From assembly GCA_052327205.1 (NCBI GenBank), contig CM126225.1, positions 35,588,001 through 35,652,000 of the forward strand: a stretch of 64,000 nucleotides of DNA, given 5' to 3'. Numbering within the stretch: position 1 is the stretch's first letter; every line of letters starts with the position of its first letter. Below are positions 1-12,305 of the stretch, piece by piece. This DNA comes from Somniosus microcephalus (taxonomy: Eukaryota). Made by a program: the position numbers and the translations under genes. The notes beneath the pieces are model-generated. The model was not told where the DNA came from and made no database searches. It saw only the letters and a program-made list of their open reading frames with translations.

Positions 1-2
1 TT

Positions 3-1320
3 ATCAAGCAGCACTTACTCAGCAATAACCTGCTAACTGACGCCCAGTTTGGGTTCCGCCAGGGCCACTCAGCTCCTGACCTCATTACAGCCTTGGTCCA
101 AACATGGACAAAAGAGCTTAACTCAAGAGGTGAGGTGAGAGTGACTGCCCTTGACATCAAGGCAGCATTTGATCGAGTGTGGCATCAAGGAGCCCTAGCA
201 AAACTGAAGTCAATGGGAATCAAGGGGGAAACTCTCCATTGGTTGGAATCATACCTAGCACAAAGGAAGTTGGCTGTGGTTGTTGGAGGTCATTCATCTC
301 AATCACATGACATCACTGCAGGAGTTCCTCAGGGCAGTGTCCTAGGCCCAACCATCTTCAGCTGTTTCATCAATGACCTTCTCTCCATCATAAGGTCAGA
401 AGTGGGGATGTTCGCTGATGATTGCACACTGTTCAGCACCATTCGAGACTCATCAGATACTGACGCAGTCCGTGTCCATATGCAGCAAGACCTGGACAAC
501 ATTCAGACTTGGGCTGACAAGTGGCAAGTAACATTCGCACCACACAAGTGCCAGGCAATGACCATCTCCAACAAGCGAGACTCTAACCATCTCCCCTTGA
601 CATTCAATGGCATTACCATCGCTGAATCCCCCACTATCAACATCCTGGGGGTTACCATTGATCAGAAACTGAACTGGACCAGCCATATAAATACTGTGGT
701 TACAAGAGCAGGCCAGAGGCTGGGAATTCTGCGGCGAGTGTCTCGCCTCCTGACTCCCCAAAGCCTTTTCACCATCTACAAGGCACAAGTCAGGAGTGTG
801 ATGGAATACTCGCCACTTGCCTGGATGAGTGCAGCTCCAACAACACTCAAGAAGCTCGACACCATTCAGGATAAAGCAGCCCGCTTGATTGGCACTCCAT
901 CCACCACCTTCAACATTCACTCCCTCCACCGCCGGCGCACTGTGGCTGCAGTGTGTACCATCTACAAGATGCACTGCAGCAACTCGCCAAAGCTCCTTCA
1001 ACAGCACCTTCCAAACCCGCGACCTCTACCACTTAGAAGGACAAGGGCAGCAGACGCATGGGAACATCACCACCTACAAGTTCCCCTCCAAGCCACACAC
1101 CATCCTGACTTGGACCTGTATCGCCGTTCTTTCACTGTTGCTGGGCCAAAACCCTGGAACTCCCTTCCTAACAGCATTGTGGGTGTACCTACACCATATG
1201 GACTGCAGCGGTTCAAGAAGGTGGCTCACCACCATCTTCTCAAGGGCAATTAGGGATGGGCACTAAATGCAGGCCTAGCCAGCCAGCGACACCCACATCC
1301 CATCAATGAATTAAAAAAAA
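3..1320 (+). mobile_element. Non-LTR retrotransposon (CR1/L2-group LINE) 3' part, intact RT C-terminal ORF
   Basis: Frame open from 3 to stop at 1253. Motifs QFGFR, LDIKAAFDRVWH, GVPQGSVLGP, MFADD. Short 3' UTR ending in an A-run at about 1320. Confidence 0.92.
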
Positions 1321-1682
1321 CATGCATAATCTAAAGTCTACAGTGATCTGCAGTCAAAGTCTTCACCACAAACGCACAAGGAAACACAGAATAGTTCATC
1401 TTATTGCTGTTTGAGCTCTTTTTCTGTCGATAACCGTGCTTTCATTCAGACCGGGGAAGAAAGATGGTACAATAAGAAAGCATTATGTTTCTAAAAGAAA
1501 AATACTATGCTGCATATTGCTTTTGCTGTTGGAAACCAGTATAGGAGCCTTTCAAATAAGATTGAAATATTTTAGTTACATTTTAATAATAACAGTTCTA
1601 CTTTTTTTTTTAAAAGGTCAGCTCATATCTATATCTTGGGGGAATGATTAGTTTATGTTAAGACAACTCCAAGCTATAGTTC

Positions 1683-1875
1683 GATAGCAAAATACTGCAG
1701 ATGCTGGAAATCCGAAATAACAACAGAAAATACTGGAAAAACTCAGCAAGCCAGGCAACATCTGTGGAGAGAAAATAAAGTCAACCTTTGTTTGTGACCT
1801 GAAACGCTGACTCTGTTTTCTCTCCACAGATGTTGCCTGGCCTGCTGAGTTTTTCCAGCATTTTCTGTTGTTATT
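1683..1875. mobile_element. Penelope-like pseudo-LTR fragments in inverted arrangement
   Basis: About 62-bp inverted repeat (1714-1775 vs 1816-1877). Flanked by a 15-bp direct repeat tccaagctatagttc (1668-1682, 1876-1890). Same sequence recurs at 4676-4745 and 58660-58731. Confidence 0.75.
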
Positions 1876-2109
1876 TCCAAGCTATAGTTCCTGAACTTCC
1901 CTACTTCTTGAAAGGACAGCAGAACCAAAATAATCATTTCTAAAATAGAGAAGGTTTAAATAAAAAAGGAAATGCTGGAAATGTGAAATAAAAATGGAAA
2001 TACTGCAAATGATCAGGTTGATCAGGGAAAGGGGGTAATGCAGGGCACGCAATTATTTTAATTGGTGGTCCATAGAGCATAGATGTTAGTAACCCTAAGG
2101 TTCAGAGTT

Positions 2110-2230
2110 CAGAATTTAAAAAAAATGAATTCTCCTGAAGTGGGCATCACTGACAAGGCGTCAGTTATTGCCCATCCTTAGTTGTACTTGAGAAGGCGAT
2201 GATGGTGGGCTTTCTTCTTGAAACACTGTA
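2110..2230 (-). mobile_element. Degraded 3' end of the same LINE family as 3-1320
   Basis: Reverse complement resembles 1200-1300 (cagcggttcaagaag...cttctcaagggcaattagggatgggca). Confidence 0.6.
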
Positions 2231-3169
2231 ACGCTCCCCCCACCCCCCACTTCAATTCACGGAAGATACTTGTCTTTCCATGATTTGCCCCTCATACCTT
2301 CTGCTGCTGCAGGGGATCCAAATCTGCAGCGCACTGTCGGTGGGATGTCCTGACATTGGAAAGCTATGACGAGATCAGGAACTCACACTCTCAGCTTGCA
2401 GCAGAGTCAGCTCTCCGAGCATTGCAGCATCAGGACAGAGTCAGGAGCAGTGCCAAGGACCAAATCATAGAGTAAAGGGCAGCAATGTTCATGAGGTGAT
2501 CAGGAATCACCAACAAAAAAAGCACAAGTATAATTTTGCAGTGCCCCTGCTCGGTATGATGAAACGGGCAGATGGCAGTCCCGACGTAATGGCTTCCTAG
2601 CATCACTCAAAACATGAACTTGTCTTTCTCCATCAGCTACTGATCGACCTCCAATTCCCTTCCCAGTAGCGTTTTATAAGACAACATTAAGCCATTTATC
2701 TTCAGGCAAACCTTTTTTTGAGTTAAATCGTGGACTTTATCTATTTACATTTTTATTAGAACCATGTTGCCTGCCTGAAAATGATCAGCTTTCTGGCTGA
2801 CTGATCAGCAGCAGTCAATATATGTTCTTTATGTTTCTTACTCTGGATACTGAATGCAAGTCACATAAAATTGTGCATTTTTATTTCTTTGTCCAAAGAA
2901 GTTACTGAACCGTGTTTCCGCCCTTTAGCTGAATTTAATGACGGCAGCAAAAGGTTACAGTAAATGCCATTCTCTCTAACTCTGTGTGTTCATTCTGAAA
3001 TTGTGCCATAGTTTGTTCTGTGCGCAAAATAACTCTTGCCTCTACTTGCTTGTTTGCATTGCCTGACTCATAGCCCAACTTTGTGGAGTCTTGACAGTTT
3101 CAACACCTTGTTATTGTAGGGCTCAAGACTTTGAATGGAGAGACTACAGTCTCCGTGATGTCATAGAAA

Positions 3170-3480
3170 GGTAGTCCAGTGAGCAGCTGAGCCATACAAG
3201 AGCTGGAAGGTCCCCGATTCATTTCCTAGGGTGTGCTAAATGATGTGAGCTGGACTGACAGTCGGGCATGTTACAGTTAGCCTCGGTGCCCTGGGTGAGG
3301 GAGGGGGAAACCAGACCGGATTCTTGCCCTGTCCCTCATCATTATCCAGTAACCTCTGCTGGAAATATAAATGAGTGGACGTCGGGTGAGGACAAAGTGG
3401 GGTACAATTATGATGTCCCTTCTGGTCAAAGAGCCTACCAACATTGTCAAGGTTCACACATGAATAATGTTACTTAGAAA
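3170..3480 (+). mobile_element. Old SINE-like repeat; related copies near 25710-26110, 49010-49350 and 50350-51060
   Basis: Shared blocks such as ctgagcca..., tgaggaca...tgatgtccc...cacacatgaa in all copies. Family not identified. Confidence 0.45.
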
Positions 3481-3769
3481 AAAAACAGAGATTAACTTTT
3501 ACTTGTGACACCGTACCCAGCAAGTCAACAGCCTAGATTTTCCAAGCAGAAGTAGGACAAATCGCAGCTCCCGCTCATCCAATATGAAATGGGCTGACCC
3601 TGCTGCAGTATTCGGTGTTAGTCTAATTAAAATAATTCAAGGTAGCTCCAGACATCAGGAACTATTAAGTCTTCCTTCCCACAGATCAGTGGCCGTGCGG
3701 AGATAGTGGCTAGTCCAGTGGCACGGCTGGAAATTGGTTTGCATGATCCCCCCTTTCACTGCCTCTGCA

Positions 3770-4745
3770 CTTCCTTGAAACCTGTTACATCTATAACTTT
3801 TTTCCAGTTTTGACGAAGGGCCATCGACCTGAAACTAGGGGCTGGATTTTGTGAATGGAGACGTGCTGGAGGCAGAACTGCTGCTTGTCGGGTCTCAGTC
3901 CCGCCTCCATCATCTTCTGGCCAACCAGCGGGATTTTCCCTTGATTGACCTTGTTAAGCCCGCCCTGTGGGCTCAGCAGGCCAATTAGGGGGAAGTCACT
4001 GACAGAGCACGCCAACGTCTGACGTGCCATCTATCAAGACTTCTTGAAAGAACAAATGTCAGTGTTTGACAGCTCTGTGAAGCTGTCAAACACTGACATT
4101 CTGTGTAGTTTGATAAGCCCTTGTGTTCAGGACTCATCAAACCTTTCAACTTTGTAGATTTCAAACGACTGTTGGTTCAGAGGATCCAACGGCCAGTCTG
4201 TGAAATTCACAAGGAAGATGTCGGGACTCCCGATCCAGAGCGGATGAAGGCTGTAGGCAGAAACAAAGGTAAGTGAACATTGTCTAACACTTAACTCTCA
4301 CCTTACATACTTACCACTCCACACTTGCACCCATCACTCACCTCTACATCTTACTTTCAGGTCGCTCCGACCCCCGCAGACCTCCTACTCGACTCCTCCA
4401 ACCCAGCGGGGTTCTCCGAGGTCAGAAAGCCTTCAGCTGAAAAGGTAAAATGGGACTAATCCTTTTTTTTGCCTGTTAACTACCTGTTAACAGGCAGTTA
4501 AAAGGAGTCAATCCCTTTCCTGCCTCGAAGAGATGGGACCCAAAGCAGCACATCTTCCTGTCTCCTAGCAAAAGGGCATGGAGGTGGGATGGGGCGGGTT
4601 TGCCCCCACTTTCTGCTACTTTACTGGCAGTCCCGCCTCCATACCCGCCTCCTCGGGACTGAGAAAATCCAGCCCGTTAACTCTGTTTCTCTCTCCACAG
4701 ATGTTGCCTGACCTGCTGAGTATTTCCAGCATTTTCTGTTTTTAT
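3770..4745 (+). mobile_element. Penelope-like pLTR fragment with minimal hammerhead motif, split by a MITE
   Basis: agtt-ttgacga-agggc catc gacct-gaaac (3806-3835) resumes as gttaactctgtttctctctccacagatgttgcc at 4676. Confidence 0.65.
3839..4675 (+). mobile_element. PIF/Harbinger-type MITE, family M1 copy 1
   Basis: TIR gggctggatttt...aaaatccagccc, like the ends of Harbinger A. Internal 20-bp perfect palindrome 4055-4100. TSD not clean. Confidence 0.85.
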
Positions 4746-5019
4746 TGCATGATAGTGCTGTCTCTCAGGATGGCAGCACATTTGTCGCATCCTACACCTA
4801 CCTGCCTAGTGGCTGGAAGGATGCGAGGCCATGCTGCCCATCCAGCAGCAGAGGTTCAGGATTCAAGTGCTTTAAAAGCAAATTGCCTGTTTCCCAGTTG
4901 CAGGGAGTACACTGGGGGTGAAAAGCAACCAACCAGTCCTGAGGCAACAGGGAGCAGGCAGAGGTTCAGCGAATGGCTAAGAAAGGACTAGGAAAGGCTG
5001 ATGGCAGTGCAACAGAATG

Positions 5020-5530
5020 TTAAGTTTATATAAGGTAATGGTTAGGCCACAGTTAAGAGCACTGTGTGCATACAATGGAGATTTACCAGGATGATAGCAA
5101 GGATGAGAAGCCATCGTTATGAGAAGAGACTTGAGATACTGGGGCTATTTCTACTGGAACAGAGAGGGCTAAAAGATTTAATAGAGCTTTATAAAATGAT
5201 GAAAGGTTTTGATGGAATGAATAGGGAAAATCTATTTTCTTTGGTTGGGGAGTCAGTGTCAAGGGGTCATCAATTTAAAACTGTCACTAAGAGATTGAGG
5301 CGAGAGGTTAGGAGAAATCTCTTAATGCAGAGATTCATTGGCGCATGGAATGGTTTGCCAAAGGGAGTATTTGAGGCAGAGACCATTGCATCCTTTAAGG
5401 GGAAATTAAATAAACATTTGAATCAGAGGGTATGGGGAGAGAGCAGAGTAGTAGATTAGTTTTGGATTACAGGCACAAAAAGCCAGCACAGACACGATGA
5501 GCCAAGTGGCCTCCTTCTGTGCTGTAAACC
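5020..5530 (+). mobile_element. CR1 LINE 3' fragment
   Basis: ORF 5064-5459 (RFTRMI, LGLFLLEQR, SRGH) followed by a CR1-type 3' UTR. Confidence 0.85.
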
Positions 5531-5887
5531 ACGGTACTCTCATCCTATAACCCTGACCGTTCTTTTAGGGTTGCATACTGATTTCCAAAGCTCATTCTAA
5601 AAATGTAGTATAGGTTTGAGTACTGGGCATTCATTATCCGGCTCCTTGGACATTACTGAACTTAATGTACAACGTGCTGGGCTTTGCAAATCAGGTACGC
5701 ATGGGAAATAGGATGGAGATCTATAACAAGGAAAGCTTGGTGACAGATATAGTCTATTCAGGTTACTCATTTCTTTATATTATGTAAGCCAGTTCTGAAT
5801 TTTTAACTATGAAGATATGTGTGACTTTGACATATATGTAAGTGTGGAGGTTTTGCACTCAACTTCACGAAAATTATTCCAAGCTAC

Positions 5888-6209
5888 TGATATACCTATC
5901 AATTCATCCAATGAAAAGCGACGAGTTAAGAAAGTAACTATAGGTTTTTATTGGCTAAATAACAGAGCCCACCCTCGTGGGTGATCGGATCCAACAAGGA
6001 GGAATGCCAGCCAGTCGACCACCTTTATACCTGGGCAGGTAGGTGGAGCCATGGGCGGAGTCAGCAGTGGTCAGCCCAGGTATAACAGCGTGACAAGAGG
6101 CGACCTCGTATAGTGATACAACAGTGTGAACAGTGATAACCATAGAGTAACGATATAACAGTGATAACTATAGTGTAACGATAGTGAACGATAAAAGTGG
6201 TTTACCACA
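5888..6209 (-). mobile_element. Solo LTR
   Basis: TG...CA termini. Perfect 5-bp TSD GCTAC (5883-5887, 6210-6214). Minus-strand TATAAA (about 6024) followed by AATAAA (about 5946). Confidence 0.85.
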
Positions 6210-6689
6210 GCTACATGCTGAAAAAGGCTAAGGGGTATAAAAAATATATTACAGAATTGACCCGAATGATCTGCTTTGGGTAAGAACTGCAGAAAAAGAC
6301 AAGAGAAAAGTGAATATGCATCCAGGTTTAAACTACTGAAAGTGTGAACCAATTACTACATCAAAATCTTACATTTTTGATATACTTGTAAGTGGAAGGT
6401 TTAGCAGCAGAGGTTTAATTTTGAGAAGCAAGGCGTCTGTCATAGAGCCTCACTGGATGGCAACTCGGATCACAGAATCATCCGGGAGTGGCATCTTGCG
6501 AAGTTGCTCCTAAGGTACCTTATCCACAGTTTACTGTGTTTCCCATTTTTGTTTGGCTGGGGTTCTGGTTCGGAGAAGCGCTGTTGTGCAAATTGTTTAA
6601 CTTTTTGTCACACCTGGGAGGTTCTCTTTCAGCTTGGTGGCTTGTCATGCTCCCTTCTACCTTTGCCATATACTTTCCTACATGGTGTA

Positions 6690-6920
6690 AAAGAAAGAAA
6701 GACTTGCATTTATATAGCACCTTTCACGACCTCAGGACGTCCCAAATGAAGTACTTTTTGAAGTGTAGTCACTGTTGTAATGTAGGAAACGTGGCAGCTA
6801 ATCGTGCACAGCAAGCTCCCACAAACAGCAATGTGATAATGACCAGATAATCTGTTTTTAGTGATGTTGGTTGAGGGCTAAATATTGGCCAGGACACCGG
6901 GGATAACTCCCCTGCGCTTC
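6690..6920 (-). mobile_element. Deu-domain/L2-tailed SINE fragment (SacSINE1-like)
   Basis: Collinear with 62237-62440. Carries the L2-type tail gacttgcatttatatagcacc. Confidence 0.65.
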
Positions 6921-9769
6921 TGCTAATCATGCGAAATCACACAGTTTTAGAGTGGAACTCGCACTTTTCCCATCCGGCTCAGAGAACATTGATCTAAACT
7001 CAATACAAAATAAATATATTTTTTAAGTCTGGTGGATGCACCTGTATTTATAACATGCACATCCATCCATCACTGGTCTTGAAGGACTGATACTAGAAAT
7101 ACAGCTGCTTGAAGCAGTCACTGCAAAATTATTCTCTTCCTTGCTCACATTAATTGCCACTAAATTCTCCTCTATGCCCTACTGTCCTGTTCAGATTGAT
7201 GGTTCATTCTCTCCAATCTTACCCTATCCATTTTGAATTGATATAGTGCCAGCGTTGGCTGCGGTAGACTGAAGTTGACTTGAGAAAAATCCCCCCCCCC
7301 CCAAAAAACAACACAGCCCCAAGAAGCAGAAGCTGCTACCATAATGAGAATGTGACTTTCTGGGACATATGTCAATACATTTTATCTGGCATGGCACATT
7401 GGAATTCTACAATGCTACACCACTTCAAATATTGCTGTGTTGTCAGCACAATGTAGAAGCTAAAGAATGTAGCACTATTTTCTCTCATTATCACTGAATG
7501 GAAAAATATGTTTTCCGTATAACCTGAAGGGCTGCAGTCCCTCAGCTGATTTAGTGCCACAAAGAAGAAACTGTTGATTTCTTGCATATACTTTTTGCAT
7601 AATAATATTTCTCTCCAATATTTACATGGCATAAATTATTTTAATTAAGCCTAGAAATTTCTGTTGGCAGCATTAACAGGCGTGCACTTAATGCGCATGT
7701 ATGACGTTCTTCTGTCCATTATTTTAAAGGTGATAATGCTCCACTAGAATTGAGGACAAAGGAATGTAACACAAACCCGTAAAGCATTTATTCGCTAATG
7801 TTGCCAACGGTAATTTGTAGGTTTTAGTCTTTTTTCAGTCCATCCTAGACTGGGTTTGATTATATGTTCCCAGACAGATAATCGAGTGTTTTTCATAAGC
7901 TGCTTTTACCTCAGCTTCCTGAGGTGGCCATTTTCAGTATCGTAGACTTTATTTTTATTTTTATGTTGTCAATATTGTGTATGTCTGAGTGGAAATTTGT
8001 CTGGTGACTGGACTAGACTAAAAATATTGACTTTCCAACCCTTAACTGCGTCTCTTACATTAACTAGCTTGTGATTAATGGTTTCCGTGGTTGTTGGTTC
8101 AGTGAATAGTAGGAGCATTTCAAATAATGGTTTTGAATAAAAACCTTTATTCAATTGGTTTTCCTCCTATATTCATGTCCTTAGTCTTCTACACAAACAA
8201 TTCCCTCTTCCCAGCAATTTCTTGGGAAAATTCAGTGTCTAAAAAATCAATATTCTTCATGGTTTGTTGTTTCTCTTCCAAATGATCCTGGTGACCTTGA
8301 TTGCCTTTTTACCCAATTCTTGTGGAATAGTGAACAACGCAGGATTTGACTGAACTGACCACTTCAGCGTGTCATAATTCCAAACAGTCTTTGTTATTAT
8401 TAAGTGGCTCAAGCTTACTGTCTTCTAGAATGCATCTAAGAATCATCTTTGGTTAACATAAAAGAATATTGCTGGTAAAACCAATTGCAAATATTTCCTT
8501 CCTCGGCAATGTAGTTGTTCCTCTTCCATGGTCAAATTGACCTAATTATGTGGATTTTGGAGGTATATTTCCTGTCATTTACATAGATCTAGAGATCCGT
8601 GATGACTCCCCTCTCTAACTTAATCCACATATTTTCCCAACAGCAGAGCACAGATATTTCAGCTGTTGCTTTGATGAAGCTTAGTTTACTGTCCCCAATC
8701 TTGTCCAATAGTCAAGTTTGGTCTTGTGAAACTTATCAGTTCAAGTTGGTGATGATTTCAAAGCCCCCCACCCACCCCAAACCCTCCCCTCCCCTCCCTC
8801 AGTATCTCCAGGTATGTTACTGTTTCAAATTTGGGGGTTTTTGCACAAACCATATGTTCTGATATTTTTGTGCGGTCTCACGTCATTTTGTGTCATCGCT
8901 GAACAGCAATACAAAGAAAAAAGCGGTGGCATTGACAGAAGCTAAAAGAGAAAATTCCTCATAATACAAACATAAACTGAATGAAGGCAGAGGATCACAG
9001 ATATTAAATACAATTTTTGTAATTCAGATGCTGAAGCTTTACTTTGTGATTTATGATCTCATCTGAACCTCCTCAGTAGGATTACTCCTTGTAATCCACA
9101 CTCATCTTTCCTGTTTCATATATATATGAACCTGGTTTATATAATATAATATAAACCTGCTTAGGAAGAGCTTGCCATTATCACTTCAAATAGTTTTTCT
9201 TTTAAGACTTCCTATGAAATTTGATGGTCTTGTAATTATGTAATTTGCTGTTAAAGAATTACTGTAATTTTGCCTCCATCTGGGCTTCCAGGAAGAAACA
9301 TGTTTTTAAAGGAAGCCCATGTCACATTGCTGATGAATTCTGCTCAGAACCAGGTATCAGCTCCTCACATTATGGGGTGCAGAGTTCAACAGAGTACCCA
9401 ATACGCACTTGATAACCCAGAACTGCCTCGGGAATTTGGATCCTGTGTAACAATGGTGCGCTAGACTCCTTAAAGTCCTGATTCAGAAACAAATGAGGGG
9501 AGATTTTCATAATGAGAATGGAGCACCTGAGCATCTCTGCATAGATTACATGGCCATATAAATAAGGCACTGCAAGGAAGGCCACTTCCCCTCGATAAGG
9601 TCCTTGCTAATTTGCTATTTTTGGTGCAAGTCACTGTTTTCTATGTTATTTTGCTGTTGTTGAAAAAAGGAAGGCAAGGAAACTTCCTGGAGCTTCTTGA
9701 TAGCTTCTTAAAGTAATTTGTGCCTGTTTGCTCAATGGACAGCAGTTTTCTGCTGATTTGCGAGGGGCT

Positions 9770-10870
9770 ATGGGCATACCTATGGCATACCAGGTTTTGG
9801 AGAGAAGGAGGAGAATCAGAGGAGGCAAGCCAGATAGGTATATTCACAGTTTAGATACTTCATTAGAACCTGTCCTTATGCTGCTGTTTATGTGTATAGG
9901 ATCTGGCTCTCAAATCAGAACACATCAGAAGACACTTGCATGTGGAGTTTAACATTCACGAAAGGGGTCATCACCGAATTATGCACGTGATGTAGCCAGA
10001 CTTGGGAACCAGTTCCAGAACATAAACGGTTCTGTCAGTGGCTGTGAATATTACAGTTGTACTGAACTTTATATGCAGGCTCTATACTGGCACCCACAGG
10101 AGAACTCACATCTTTCAACCATCATGTGTCGTTCAGGTCACTGATGCATTGTTTGCCAGGGCCAGTGAATTCATCAGTATCCCTTTGGAAAGCAGCCAAC
10201 AACAGGAAAGAGCCCTTCATTTCTACTATGTGACAGGGTCCCCCAGAGTGCAGGGCATAATTGACTGTACTCATGTGGCCAAACATACCCTTACCCCCAC
10301 TGCTACTCCATTCATGGACAAAAAGAGTTACCACTACATGAATGTTCACTTGGTCTGTGAACATAGGAACAGAATTCTATATGAGAACTGTTAACGCCCA
10401 GGATTCTTTCATCCTATGGCAATTAACAACACTAGCATTATTTGAAGGGCCACAAAGACTACATGGATAGCTGCTGATCGACCAAGAATATGGACAGCAG
10501 CCATGGCTGCTGATACCACTGCATAACCCCGGAACAAGATCTGAACAAAAGTTCAATGCACTGCACTAGGCTCTCAGTCAAGCACGCCATCAGCACCCTG
10601 ATTTGTTTGTCTGATTATGCTCCTGTGAAGTACCTGAGGACATTTTACTATGTAAAAGGTGCTATATAAATGTAAGCTGTTGTTGAAGCAGTGATTCAGA
10701 AACCTGGACAGAGGAGTGCTGCAGTACAAGCTGACCAAGATCTCAATGATTACTGTAACCTGCAATGTTCTGCACAACTTTGCTGTACAAAAATGCATAG
10801 CCATAGAGCGGGAAGGCAGCAACAACCAAATGATGAGCCCAATCATGCGACAGGACTCTTGCCTGTTCAA
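9770..10870 (+). pseudogene. Decayed Harbinger (HARBI1-like) DDE transposase
   Basis: Peptides VAVNITVVLNF, QVTDALFARA, PRVQGIIDCTHVA, KKSYHYMNVHLVC parallel the transposase at 58090-59420. Many frameshifts. L2 tail inserted at about 10595-10690. Confidence 0.8.
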
Positions 10871-10917
10871 CAAACAGCTCAGTTAACAGGAATCATCAGG
10901 TGGGTCCAATAGACCAA

Positions 10918-11815
10918 GGGGGGAAAAGTTCAATTGGTTTGCGCCTCCCGTTAGCGCCTTAAGAGGGCGCTAATGGGGCGCAAAGCAACTAGCGCCCCGG
11001 CGCGGCGATGTTTGCGCCGCTCACGAAATTAACTAGACATTTTGCAGCAGCGCTAAACACTACCGCCACGATCTCCTGCGCCGGCACATCGTGACGGCAG
11101 TCGAGTGCGCAACACCCCGGTAGCGCCCCGCACCGGATATTGAGTGGCGGCCCCTACCTTACCGCCTGCCGCTAGCAACAACAGGTTGAGGGGAGCGTTT
11201 TGCAGTCAGGAAGGGACTGGGGGAGCGCTGTTTAAAGGCGACCGCTTCCTGCCTTTTTTTGTTGGTGACATTTTTGCACCACGCATTCTGAGAGAGAGAG
11301 AGAGAGAGACTTCTGGAGAGATTCAACGCTGTGTGAAGGAGTTTTGGGTCCTGAGCAGCACTTTGCAGGTTCATTTTGATTTGCCCTTCCTTGTATTGGT
11401 TTAGAGGAGATTGTGGGTGCTGCACTCTGAGCTCTTTCCCTGGGCCTCTCCATTATTCTTTCCAGCAGATTTGATGTACAGGTCTCTCCAGGCCGAGATT
11501 CAAGGCTGCAATGAGCAGGGTGTGGATGGAGAGCAAGATCAACCCTCCCCTTTAAGAACTGGCCAGTGCCAGTGTGTCTGTGTTCCATTGCTGACTGACA
11601 TCACATGAGCTTCGCCAGCGCTCTGAGGTAGCACCTCGCTCCTCGGCCTTTGCACCTTAAGAGAGGTGTATAGCGCCTGATTTAGCGCTCCAATCACCTC
11701 CAGGGGCGATAAAAGCCAAGTTTGCAGTTGGAGGCGATAATTAGCGGCAGGCGCTAAACTTTGCGCACGGCCGATAATCGCGCCCCAAATGGGGCGATAC
11801 TGAATTTTTCCCCCC
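10918..11815 (+). mobile_element. CpG-rich Harbinger-type MITE, family M2 copy 1
   Basis: TIR gggggaaaa(g)ttca...tgaatttttccccc. 3-bp TSD caa or aag (ambiguous). Highly similar to 55375-56050. Confidence 0.85.
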
Positions 11816-12305
11816 AAGTGCTTTATACATCCAATGCTCCAAAGTTATCACCACATGCTCCCAATAGCCTTGCCAAATAAAGCATCTCATTCATTGGGCC
11901 CAGCTATGTTAAAAATACACGAATATATGCCATTTCTCCTGATAGCCTTAATCTCCCTTATACCAAAATAATTGTCAGAACACATTCCAGTACCAATCAA
12001 CCCAACTTTTATTGATCCATACATTGGGCTGGATTTTGCCAGTGTGGGCGGGCTGGGGCGTGTCAGGTGGGAATCGTGTCAGGACCCCGACTCCAAATTG
12101 AAGTATTGAAAAAGTGGGATTTTCCCCTAATTGGGCAATTGATTTCCTGCGTGTGGGAACCCCTGGCCCATTGAGTCTTTTTATACAGAAAGTCGCCTCT
12201 GATGATGTCATCAATGCTGCTGGATTTAAGGCTTGCAAGCAGCCTTGCTTCTTCTGGAGACTGCAAATGCTTTGCAAATTGTCTGAAGGAGTTAATTTCC
12301 TGACA

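Noticed and set aside
7900-9200. Possible decayed coding sequence
   Set aside because: No motif or terminus that I could support.
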